Positions 13,776-29,323 of a stretch of 64,000 nt of DNA are shown here, piece after piece (within the stretch, counting starts at the first letter, position 1; every line of letters starts with the position of its first letter). The notes beneath the pieces were generated by a model. The model ran no database searches and had not been told where the DNA came from. It was given only the letters and a program-made list of their open reading frames with translations. A program made the translations under genes and the position numbers. Origin of the DNA: Chrysomallon squamiferum (Eukaryota; Animalia; Mollusca); NCBI GenBank assembly GCA_012295275.1, contig CM022676.1, positions 7,750,001 through 7,814,000 on the forward strand, read 5' to 3'.

Positions 13776-14242
13776 GGTAGTATTTTAAATTATGTAAAAT
13801 TCAGAGATGTTAAAAATAAATTAGGTGTTGCAAAAAGATAAAGGGCGGCCATTTTCAATTTTGGCGTAACCTAGGCAACATGGCTGTTTGTCAAGTTTTA
13901 TTTCATACTGTACAACATGAGTGATCAGTTTTGCTGTGGTGTGTTGTAATGCTACCAGTCTATTTAAAACCAGTCATGAGTGAAAGAAGACGCACAAAAG
14001 ATGTAACCCAAAACACATAATACTCTTTCTGTTAAGTTATAGTGTAATACATGCTTTCTGTTGTGTTCGGTTTATATGTATGTATCTATGTATGTATATA
14101 TGTATGCATGCATGTATGTATGTATGTATGTATGTATGTATGTATGTATGTATGTATGTATGTATGTATGTACGTACGTATGTATGTATGTATGTATGTA
14201 TGTATAGATCGAACTTTACTATTTAGAATATAAAATACATAC

Positions 14243-14297
14243 CTTGTACGTACAATACACATCCCAGTAACACGAACACACATAACTTATAACTCAT
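14243..14297 (-). CDS. Signal peptide exon of gene 1
   Basis: ATG MSYKLCVFVLLGCVLYVQ(G) followed by a phase-1 GTATGT donor. Paralogous exons at 34.4, 36.5 and 63.4 kb. Confidence 0.85.
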
Positions 14298-14499
14298 TTC
14301 CAGTATTTAATTTTCACTTGTGTTCATAAAAAAAACTAGTTTTATTATTAAATTTTTTTCTTTATCTCTTCTTCACTATTTTCTTGTTTTTACTCCTGTT
14401 AATATAACACAAAAATGTCTTCGCTACTTTTTTCTTTTAAAGTCTTCCTTGTTTTGCTTTTCTGTTGCTGTTACCATGTGTACTTGTACTTCCTGTTTC

Positions 14500-14830
14500 A
14501 CAACCCAACACCCGCTTTAGTCTTTGTAAAATAGCATCTACAATACATTAGATCCACTCGACTGACTTCAGCAGTTCGCTGATACCACAAAAAGTATCAT
14601 TTATTCGTACATACACGCGCTACAAGAAGAAACCCGATCACTCCGACATAAATCACCGACCCGGAATTCTTCGGCTATGTTTGTCTCGACGTAAATAACG
14701 ACGTAACGGTCAGCTGACTATCACGTGACCGCTTATTTTTAACCGAGGGTAGTCATCGCTTCACGCGCTGTTCGCCCGCACTCCGAAGGCGGGTGACGTT
14801 ACTGAATACTGCCTACGTGCAGACGTACAT
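14500..14830 (-). promoter_or_regulatory. Putative promoter / 5' region of Ig gene 1
   Basis: CpG-rich island in AT-rich DNA just upstream of the signal exon, conserved with 34660-34975. TCACGTGAC at 14721 and TGACGTTA at 14794. Confidence 0.5.
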
Positions 14831-15168
14831 GAGAAAAAAGAACTTAGAAGAATTACGTACAGATATATAGATAAATACTTTTAAAAAATAATAATAATAA
14901 TAATAATAATAATACAATAATTGTGCAATACGCTTCCAGTTTTCTGAAATGAAAATAATAAATTAATAAAATAAACGTTTGTTGTTGTTGTTTTCTTTCA
15001 TTGCATTCCAAAAACCAGTTCTGTATTCATTACTGGTTCTATTTTTTTTCTATACAGTATTTTAAACATAGTACTACTTATATTTTTCCGGTTATCTTCA
15101 TAAAGCGATCATTAAATATTATAAATAATGATGAATATGAAGATGATTATGGCAAAAATAGTAGTAGT

Positions 15169-15217
<49 letters not shown>

Positions 15218-16472
15218 GTAATGATAATAATAATGATGATGATAATGATAATAATAATAATAATAATAATGACAATAACAATAAATAAATAATAATAGTA
15301 GTAGTAGTAGTAGTAAAAATAATAAAACAGACGAAAAGTGGGTTTATTTAAGGCAGAATCCCGCCCCATAGTTCAGACATTCAAACAAAATAAAACAAAA
15401 GAAGAGAGTGTAGATAACAAAATTACAACGAATAAACAAAACTGACTTACCTAACAACAAGGAAATGTGATTGAATCCAAAATTCACAATGCTTTATCTG
15501 CGTTTAATGTTTGTTCTGAACTTCTGTTCGTGGCCTGTCGGGTAAATTTAAAAATAGGAGCAAATGCAGCAATTTCAAGGTACACATTAAGTTATTGCTT
15601 ACAATAAATATATAATATCGCTATATAATTCTTTAAGGTCGATTTCCAGGAGGCTCAAAGTAGATTTCAGATAAGGTCTTGTTATAATTAACATCATAGT
15701 TGTTTTTAGGGCGAATACAAAACATATATTTAAAGAAACGATCCCATCACCATGACCCAGTCGAATCAGCTTAAAACTTACCATTCATCAGCTTACAAAA
15801 ATGAAAAACAAACGTTATTTTAGTGAGGAATCAGTAATTAAGTAAGTAAATAAACAGAGTAAATATAACCAGCGCTCCGCCCAGATCCGCCTCTGACGAC
15901 CTGATAAGATTTTACTAACACAGAAATGTTTATATAACCTAGATACCTGTTGACTTTATCACCATTCTTCTCTCACTACATTATTACTACGAAGACTTCT
16001 CTCAGTTTTTACTAAACTTTAACTCCAGTTCTAACCAGTGTTCTGTTATAAAGATTTTTTTTTGGTATGTTTTTATGTGAAGAAGTGTATAAAAGACTCC
16101 ATACTGAAAGTGAGTTAGAGTAGCTCGAGCATGATAACAGCTGATTTCCAGTTCTGGCCAGTGCTCCGTTTCAAAAATATGCTTTAGGTGTTTATAGAAA
16201 AAAGTATAAAAAAGGAAGGACACCCTGTTGAAAGTGGATAAGAATACCTGAAGTGAATTTTACTTCTTTCATCTGTCATTACAAAATCATAGTAGAAATA
16301 ATATATATGAAAATATCTCACGAACTGTTGCCATGTAAACAAATCACGTTTAGTCTCGTCTGATATATATATATATATACATCTGTGTAACTCGACTTAC
16401 GGTTCAGGACCTCATTCTGACGAGAATTAACAGTGGACGATTAAAATATTCTTCAACGACTGAATACTATGG

Positions 16473-16536
<64 letters not shown>

Positions 16537-17462
16537 AAACTAACAGAACCAAATATTCCATATTTCATTTGCAGTCAGAATCACTCACAACATTTGTTGG
16601 GCTTCTTTCAAAGTGGTCTTAATTTGTGAAGTCGACACGTTGAACACAGAATTTAATTATTCTGGTACAAGTAATCCTAATGTCTAGACAAATAAAAACA
16701 ATGGTGAGCTTAAATAAAGCGAACAAACAAGAAACAATAATAATAATAATTTAATTGTCAGGAAAATGATGCGAAAAAATGTTTTAGTAAAATAATAGTA
16801 ATGTTAAAAAATAATGATAATAATTAAGAATAACTGTTTTGTTTTGGAATCTGGATTTTTTATTTTATTTTTTTTTTTTATTCTTCGTTTTTATTTTGTG
16901 TATTAAGTGTGTGATGTATGTGTGTGTTCGTGCGTGTGTGTGTGTGTCTGGTTATGTTTGTTTAAATATAAAAACACAATGAAAAAATTAGTTGCAAACC
17001 GTAAAACTAGTTGCAGCACAATTCAAATGGTTAGACTGGGAATTAGCTTAAAAAGATTAGCAACGGAGATTTCTATAATAATATTAATAAAATTAAAATA
17101 TAATAATAATAAGAAGAAGAAGAAGAAGAAGAAGAAGACGGAGAGAACATCACGTTTGACGTAGTCATTATTTTTCTTTTACACAATCGCTGCACATCTA
17201 TGCTCTACAAACAATTTACTAGCAATCAATGTAATTTCCGATCATGCGCAAACACTTGCAAAGCTTTCTCTTTTAGACCTTTTTCACAATTCCTAACCAA
17301 AAACAATAATTTCCACGTATGAAAATAGAATCCTTTTAATCTACGCCCTTCCATGGACTGCTATGTATATATATATATATACCGTTGATAAGAAATCCGC
17401 TAAATACATTATTTCTACAGAAAACTACAGTCCTACATACGCACAAACACGAACTTTTTCTC

Positions 17463-20992
<3,530 letters not shown>

Positions 20993-21066
20993 TTTCTGAA
21001 ATAAAAAATAAATAATAAAATTGAGAATAAAATTCGTAGATAGATAGAGAAATAGATAGATAGATA

Positions 21067-21223
<157 letters not shown>

Positions 21224-21953
21224 TCATATGACATACAAACATCAGATCACTTCCTATTTTGTGTACGCCTCCATAAAGCAGATCAAATATATAATAAGAA
21301 TAACAACAATAATAACAATACGAATACTACTACTAATAATATTGATAATAATAATAATGATAATAATAGTAATAATAATAACAACAACAACAATAATAAT
21401 AATAGTAATAATGACAATAACTAATAATAACAATAATAATCATAATAGTAGTAATGATGATGATGATGATAATAATAATAACAATAATATAAAAATATTA
21501 ATAATAATATAACATTAATAATGACATACAAACTAAAACAATAACAATAAAACAATACCAATAAAATAAGTAGAATGAAAATGATGATGATGATGATGAT
21601 GAGAAGAATAAGAAGATGATCATGAATATGATGATAATGATAATTTTTTTCGTTTAAGTGATGGTTTCAAGTGATAGCACTGATATCAAACGCTGTTTGT
21701 TATGTTGTTATTTCAAATAGAGTACATGTAAAAAAAGACAGCAAATACAAATACACACACGCACACGCACACACATATTGGTAGATAGCTACATTCATAT
21801 ATACATACATATATACACAGATATATACATAAAGATAAATAGATACATATGTAGATAGATAGATAGAGAGACAGAGAAAACGATAGATACTGGAATACAA
21901 AACTACTACATTTAAAAACGATTTTAGTAAATTATGCAAAAACAACAGCAACA

Positions 21954-22012
<59 letters not shown>

Positions 22013-22220
22013 TTAACGAAAAATAGTTTTATTTTAAGACAGGACTATATCTTTGCCATGACTCTCAAAGACCCGTCGTATATTCGAGTATTTAAGGTAA
22101 CGTACTTTAAATGAAAGGCAAGCTGTTTATTCTAGCGATCTGTGTGTACAGTTTTTTAACAAAATAACACTGAAATATAGGAGAGTACAGTTTATAAACC
22201 TATAAAAGGAACCGACTTAC

Positions 22221-22400
22221 CTTCAAAGAAAACTTGAAAACAATTTTTGTTTAACTCTTCGGTTTGTTGATGTTCTGTTTGTATTGCTGTGTTTTATTTG
22301 AAATTTAACGAAACAAGGAAGTTTGATTAAATCCCAACTACGCCATTTTGTTTTACGTATCTTTATCGATTGTTCGTGTCTTCTTTTTTTTGGCCTGACG
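22221..22400 (-). other. Probable non-coding first exon of the CABIT-SAM gene
   Basis: Strong AAG|GTAAGT donor at 22215-22220 in a CpG-richer patch. The ATG-bearing exon begins with an acceptor at 20996-20997, so an upstream exon is required. The upstream boundary is approximate. Confidence 0.55.
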
Positions 22401-22672
22401 GGTATACATTACGATATATCAAATGGTCGTTAGCGTTTTAAGGGAAATCCAGCGACGTCAAGATACTTCTTAAATTACAACATACAGTCAGTATTGTAAA
22501 ATCTGTACTCAACGTCGCATTCCAGCAGGTGGTTGAAACTACATCCCAGTCAAAATAATCCTAACACCATAACCCACTTGAATCGGCTGATCGCTTTACA
22601 AAAACAGTCACGCACAAAAAAAAAATAACCCACATCACAGCTGGATAGACTTTCCCAAAGTCAAAATCATTA

Positions 22673-22748
<76 letters not shown>

Positions 22749-23185
22749 GTTGTTGTTGTTGTTATTACTAAGTATATTATATAACCACATTATCCGTTGA
22801 AAATCACTACCATTACTAATGAAAGTAGTAACAGTATAGTATTTGTTGTAGTTATCAGTGTACACATTTTCCCCAGATCAAAATATATAAATATTATTTC
22901 TAAATTATCACTTTTTGTTAAGTCAGTCGCATTTTTTAAAAATATAATATCCTACTGACATAAAACACAAAGCATAATAAACTTAATTATTTAGTTACTG
23001 ATGTAAAAACGTTTTCTGATAAATTCTGATGAATTTCTTACGCCATCGACCGATCTCGCTTTGCCATCAACTGATTCTTTTTTCTTAAGGGCAAATCCAT
23101 TCTAAATAAAACCACCATGAGCTGAATCACCAGACAAGCTGATATTGTATTTAAATGATGTTTGTGTTGGGCGCGTTACATTTAA

Positions 23186-23638
23186 TGGATGTTCTAGTTG
23201 GTGGGCGTTGTTCTTAATGGTGTTTTGTGTTGTTGTTTTTTCTAGCTGATGAGCGTTCATCGTATGTTCTAGTCAGTGGACGTTCTAGCCAAGTGGATGT
23301 TCTAGCTTTAGGATGTTCTGGTAGGGATTTTCCAGTCAGTGAAGGTTCTATTTGGTGGATGTTCTAATTTATAGATGTTCTAGTTAGTGGACGTTCTTGT
23401 TGAAGGATGTTCTTTCTGATGGATGTCCTAGTTCATGAATGTAATAATTCGAGGATGTTTTATTTGAAACGTGTTCTAGTTGGGTGATGTTATATTTGCT
23501 GGATGTACTATTTGGTTGAGATTCTAGTTCGTTGATGTTCTAATTGCAGAATGTTCTAGTTGGTGGATGTTGTAGAACGTGGATGTTATAGTTGGTGGAT
23601 GTTGTAGAACGTGGATGTTATAGTTGGTGGATGTTCAG
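23186..23638. repeat. 19-bp minisatellite, about 20+ degenerate units
   Basis: Recurrent ggatgttctagttggtg-like units with about 19-bp periodicity. Confidence 0.85.
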
Positions 23639-24164
23639 CTTTTCTTTGAATACATGAGCGAGAGACCGAGAGAGGAGTAGGGGCAGAGAAAGAGGGAGAC
23701 GAAGACGGAGAGAGAGGGATAGAAAGGGATTGAGACATAGAGAGGGAGGGAGAGAGACAGAGAACGAATGTATGTATCTGTATTTGTGTATGTATGTGCG
23801 TGTCTGTGTGACTGTGTCTGTGCGCATATATATATGTATGTATTTATGTATGTATGTAGGTATACGTGATATGTAAATATATCTATGTGTGTATACGTAT
23901 ATGCACGTGCTAAATATCCCATGATTTTAACATAGTTAAAGTCACAGTTCACACAATGGTAATGAATGGTAGAATTTCGAGATAAGCAACTCATTAAAAT
24001 GTTCATAACTTTTATGCCAAATAGCTATTTACACAGTTCAAATCTGGTGTCTCTGTAGAAACTGAATAATAACTTAATATTCTCTAAGTTTTCATGAAAG
24101 TGCCTTAAGAAGTGTACGATTAACAAATAATACTTGTTTTATTCTTTATTATTCATTAATATCA

Positions 24165-24260
24165 ATTTATTTTCAAATGGACGTCATTTGGGAAGTCATT
24201 TACTCTTTCCTCTAGAGATTTCCTGTGTCTTGATGTGCAGTCTTTGGCGCTGTCCACTAT
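24165..24260 (-). pseudogene. Degenerate tail exon copy
   Basis: Acceptor catgtttcAG retained, but a 1-nt deletion and an internal deletion destroy the motif. Confidence 0.7.
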
Positions 24261-25069
24261 CTGAAACATGGAATAAAACCACATTTCGGTTTATGTAAAA
24301 ATTATGATGAGCGAAGAAAACACTAATCACATTAACAAAACATAAATACATAATGTGTGTGTTTCAAAGTCAATATATTTAAGTATACTTTTACATATAT
24401 ACCATTTCCATCTGTCTATCTATATTTATATCTATATATCTCTCTATCCCTCTCTCTATCTATCTCTGTATCTATCAATATATATTCGTTTCCTATACAT
24501 CATAACGGTAAAACAACTTTGTTTAATTGTTCATGAAAGTGTCTAAATAAGTGTATGGCAAACAAAAAATATCTGCTTAGCTGCATTTGAAATACAAGTT
24601 CAATTAGGCAGTAGGACCTTATGGGACTGTGTTTCTTTATCTAAGGCTATCTCATCAAATACCTGACCAAACCACAAAATATAAAAATTATGAGAGAAAA
24701 CATTTCGGAATGAAAGTTTTCCCAACCTACATATAAATATATACATACATACACACATACAAACATATACATTCACATATACATATAGATATACATAGAT
24801 ACATAGATACATATATATAAATAGATATTCTTTCAAACGTTTTAATATATATATATATTATAAGACAAAGACATATATTATCACAAAATTGTAATAACAG
24901 ATATCCTTTCTTTCCTGGAAAATCGTGCATGTTCCGTTTGTTTCGTTTCTTCTACATCATAACTGTAAGACAACCTTGTTTATTTGTTCATGGAAGTGAC
25001 TAAATGAAAAGTGTATGGCAAAAAAAAAATATTCGGATTTTTGCTTTATCATTTCATGAACATCAATTC

Positions 25070-25184
25070 ATTTTCACTATCAGGCAATAAGACCTCATAT
25101 GGGACGTCATACAAGTCTTTCCTCTAGATGAGAATACAGATTCTCTGTATCTTGATATACAAATTCAAAATCCTGTCTGATTAT
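25070..25184 (-). pseudogene. Frameshifted tail exon copy
   Basis: Reads DNQTGF* in phase 1. Its paralog 46467-46579 is intact. Confidence 0.7.
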
Positions 25185-25274
25185 CTGAAACATAGAATGA
25201 AAATATGTTTCCGTTTATATAAAAGTTGTGATGTACGGACAAAACAATAATATACATATACATATGAATGTGTG

Positions 25275-25308
<34 letters not shown>

Positions 25309-25491
25309 GTGCAGGTTATATTACAATAATAGATATCCTTTTTTCTCGAAAATCATGGATGCTGAGTTTTCGTTTCTTGTACATCATAACGGTAAAACAA
25401 CATTGTTTAATCGTTCATGAAAGTAGCTTAAATAAGTGTATGGCTAACACAAAAATACTCGTTTACTGCTTTATCATTTCTAAATATCAAT

Positions 25492-25604
25492 TCACTCACT
25501 ATCAGGCAGTAGGGCCTCATATGGGACGTCATTTCGTCTTTCCTCTAGAGGATAATATAGATTCTCTGTATCTCGATTTACAGCCGTTGGAGCATTCTGA
25601 CCAT
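25492..25604 (-). CDS. Candidate alternative terminal exon with ITAM-like motif
   Basis: gtttcAG, 113 nt: xGQNAPTAVNRDTENLYYPLEERRNDVPYEALLPDSE*. Confidence 0.65.
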
Positions 25605-26588
25605 CTGAAACATGGAATCAAAATGTGTTTTTGTTTATATAAAAATTCTGATGTGTGGAGAAACCAATAATCGCTTTAATGAATGAGTGTATGTAAATTC
25701 ACCCAGACAAACTAGAGCTCACAGATAGATATATACTTTGAAAAGGCAATATGTTTAAGTGTATAGGTTTACAAATACGCTATTTCTATCTCTCTCTCTA
25801 TCTATCTATATATAGATAGATAGATTGATAGATAGATATTCTTTCAAAACGTTTTACAATATTTCCGTACCGTCCATTGAATTAATTTTTAAGCAAAGCT
25901 TTGTAATATATATCAATTACTCAATTGCATAATAGCTAAAATGTCGTTAAGATTTCTTCTTTTCCTATAAGTTACGTATGTATGTATGTGTGTGTGTGTC
26001 TCTGTAAATATGTAATATCAGTCTCTTTAAAACTCTGTTAGACAACTGTTTATATTTTCAGCTAAATGGGGAATCCTTTATCCGAAGTTCTGAAATTCGA
26101 AACATCTTCGAAGCAGCAGAAAAAGTGATATATTACGGATTATCTGGCACACCCACTCTTTATTTCATGCACAAAATTATTAAATATACTTTTTATAAAA
26201 TCGTGCACACTACTTAGATAAGATGTACATGAAATATAAGTTCAATTACCATTTAGTTTGTGTTTCATATCTAAGGCTATCTCATCAAATACCAAAATCC
26301 AAAAATCCAAAAATAACAAACATTTCGGACCAATGGATTCTCAAAATACATACAACATACATACATAGACACATACAAACATATACATTCACATATACAT
26401 ATAGATATACATACATCTATATATACTATAGCTTATATTGTAATAATAGATATCATTTTTTTCCTGGAAAATCCTGGATGTTGCGTTTTCGTTTCTTGTA
26501 CATCATAACGGTAAAACAACCTTGTTTATTTGTTCACATGGCAAACAAAAAATACTCGTTTTCTCCTTTATCATTTCTAAATATCAGT

Positions 26589-26701
26589 TCACTCACTATC
26601 AGGCAGTAGCGCCTCATATGGGACGTCATTTTGTCTTTCCTCTAGACGAGAATACAGATTCTCTGTATCTTCATGTACAGTCTTTGGCGCTGTCTCACTA
26701 T
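26589..26701 (-). CDS. Candidate alternative terminal exon with ITAM-like motif
   Basis: xSETAPKTVHEDTENLYSRLEERQNDVPYEALLPDSE*. AATAAA on the minus strand at 26525-26530. Confidence 0.65.
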
Positions 26702-26919
26702 CTGAAACATGGAATCAAAATATATTTTTGTTTATATAAAAATTCTGATGTGTGGAGAAACCAATAATCGCATTAATGAATGAGTATGTAAATGCACCCA
26801 GACACACTAGCACTCGCAGATAAATATATACTTTTAAAATTCAATATGTTTAAGTGTATAGCTTTACATATACGCTATTTCTATCTCTCTGTCTATCTAG
26901 GTGTGGACCTACCTATCTA

Positions 26920-26963
<44 letters not shown>

Positions 26964-27265
26964 CATGAAATATAAGTTCAGTTACCATTTAGACTGTGTT
27001 TTTCATCTAAGGCTATCTCATCAAATACCAATATCCAAAAATCCAAAAATAAAGAAACATTTCCGTCCAAAGGATTCTCAACCTACATACAAGATACATA
27101 CAAACATACATACATATACATTCACATATCATGGATGTTACGTTTTCCTTTCTTGTACATCATAACGGTAAAACAACCTTGTTTAATTGTTCATGAAAGT
27201 ACCTTAATAAGTGTATGGTTAACAAAAAATACTCGTTTACTGCTTTTTCTTTTCTTAATATCAAT

Positions 27266-27378
27266 TCACTCACTATCAGGCAATAAGACCTCATATGGGA
27301 CGTCATTTCGTCTTTCCTCTAGAGAAGAATATAGATTCTCTGTATCTTGATGTACAGTCTTTGGCGCTGTCTCACTAT
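27266..27378 (-). CDS. Candidate alternative terminal exon with ITAM-like motif
   Basis: xSETAPKTVHQDTENLYSSLEERRNDVPYEVLLPDSE*. Confidence 0.65.
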
Positions 27379-27785
27379 CTGAAACATAGAATGAAAATAT
27401 GTTTTGATTTACATAAAAATTGCGATGTGCGGAGAAAACAATAATCGCATTTATGTCTATATAAATACACACACACATAAAGATTCGCGCTAGGTATCTA
27501 TCTATGTATTTATCTACATATAAATATATATATATATATATAAACATAACTTATTACTCATATATTAATAACAAAATTGCGTATAGGCTAAAACATCGTT
27601 ACGACTTGTTCTTTTCCTATTAGCTTCGTAGGTATTTGTGTATCCATGTATCTATTAATTAATATATAGTTGTCTGGAAGGATGCTTTATCATTTAAAGC
27701 AAATTTAATATAATATAACGTATATAAATACAATTTTCCACGTATATCAGTTTCTATAAAACTGTTTTTTATTTTCATTTAAATA

Positions 27786-28025
27786 CAGCTTGAGGATCCT
27801 TTATCCGAAATTCTGAAATTCAACGTTTTTTCCGGGCAGCAGAAAAAGTGAGATATTAGAGTTTTCGAATCGTTTCGTACAGGTAAACTTTATTTTATGC
27901 ATACATTTATTAAAAATACAATTTATAAAGTCCTGCAGACTATTTACATAAGCTGTATATCAAATATAAACTGAATTATATTTAGACTGTGCTTCTTATC
28001 TAAGGTTTTGTCATCAAATCCCAAA
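27786..28025 (+). mobile_element. pogo/Tigger-like MITE remnant carried in the tandem units (related copies near 26070, 45970, 47550, 49340)
   Basis: Starts ta-cagcttgaggatcctttatccgaaattctgaaa. Other copies end ...ggattctcaacct, the approximate reverse complement. Resembles Tigger4/MER46-type termini. Confidence 0.5.
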
Positions 28026-28310
28026 ATAGGGTATTGATTGTGTGGAAAGTTACACATAGCCATCGTGACGTGTTGCATACTTTATCGAAAAAGAAAAAAT
28101 ATATATAGTGTATAACATACATTATATATGTATATATATATATATACTAATAGCTAGAATTCCTTTCTGGAAAATCGAGTATTTCGCGTTTTCGTTTCTT
28201 ATACATGATAAATTAAGTCAACCTTGTTTAAATGTTCAAGTAAGTCTGTAGATAAGTGTATGGTTCACAAACATTGCTCGTTTTCTTCTTTATCATTCAT
28301 TAATATCAGT

Positions 28311-28423
28311 TCACTTACTATCAGGCATTAACACGTCATCTGGGACATCATTTCCTTTTTCCTCTAGCAAAGAATGTGAATTGTCTCCATCTTGATTTAC
28401 TGCCGCTGGCGCAGTCTCATTCT
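28311..28423 (-). CDS. Candidate alternative terminal exon, tyrosine-less variant
   Basis: Full length (113 nt) and open: xNETAPAAVNQDGDNSHSLLEEKGNDVPDDVLMPDSK*. Y>H and Y>D at the two motif tyrosines. Confidence 0.55.
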
Positions 28424-28986
28424 CTGAAACATTTCATGTAATTATGTATATATATATGTGTGTGTGCATGGATACATAGTTACATATATACACACATGCA
28501 TAATACACATTTGTAAGAAAATGTTTCTACAGATACATCGATGTGTGATTTGAGAGATACACACAGATATATATATTCTCGTATGTATGTGTGTTTTTAT
28601 GTATGCAGATATGCGGTGTATTGTTTGTGTATGTGTAAATGTACGCATGTACTTAAATTTTTAACCCATATTTCTGTGTGATTACTATTATTATCTTTTA
28701 TCTTTCTTTTCCTTTTATTTTGCTTTTGTTTATTTAAACCATTTACAAATTGTCTCTTCTTAAAAAAGTAGAAACATTATAACTTTTTAAAGAAAGACAC
28801 TTTAAAAAAATCCTGCAGCTGTTTATATAAGGTCTATATGAAAAATAAATCTCAGTAAATCCCTAAATCCGAAAATTCCGAAACATTTCGATAAAGGATT
28901 GTCAACCTTTCTATCTGTCTCTCTATCCATCTATCTATCTATCTACCTATCTCTCAGTCTGTATGTCTGTCTGTCTATCTATCTAG

Positions 28987-29028
<42 letters not shown>

Positions 29029-29264
29029 CAGGCTATATTTTAATAATAGATAGCATTTCTTTCTGGTAAATCGTCTCTAGTTAACAAACATTACTTGTTT
29101 TCTTCTTTATAATTCTTTCCTGGAAAATCGTGGATGTTACGTTTTCCTTTCTTGTACATCATAACGGTAAGACAACCTGGTTCAATTGTTCATGAAGTTA
29201 TCTAAATAAGTGTATGGTTAATAAAAAATACTCGTTTACTGCTTTATCATTTCTTAATATCAAT

Positions 29265-29323
29265 TCACTTACTATCAGGCATTAAGACATCATCTGGAAC
29301 GTCGTTTCGTCTTTCCTCATCAT
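29265..29323 (-). CDS. Candidate alternative terminal exon, short tyrosine-less variant
   Basis: In-frame 54-nt deletion: xDEERRNDVPDDVLMPDSK*. Confidence 0.5.

Noticed and set aside
25272-26767. Plus-strand ORFs 'SKYQFTHYQAVGPHMGRHFVFPL'
   Set aside because: Antisense shadows of the minus-strand tail exons; splice signals and motifs support the minus strand.
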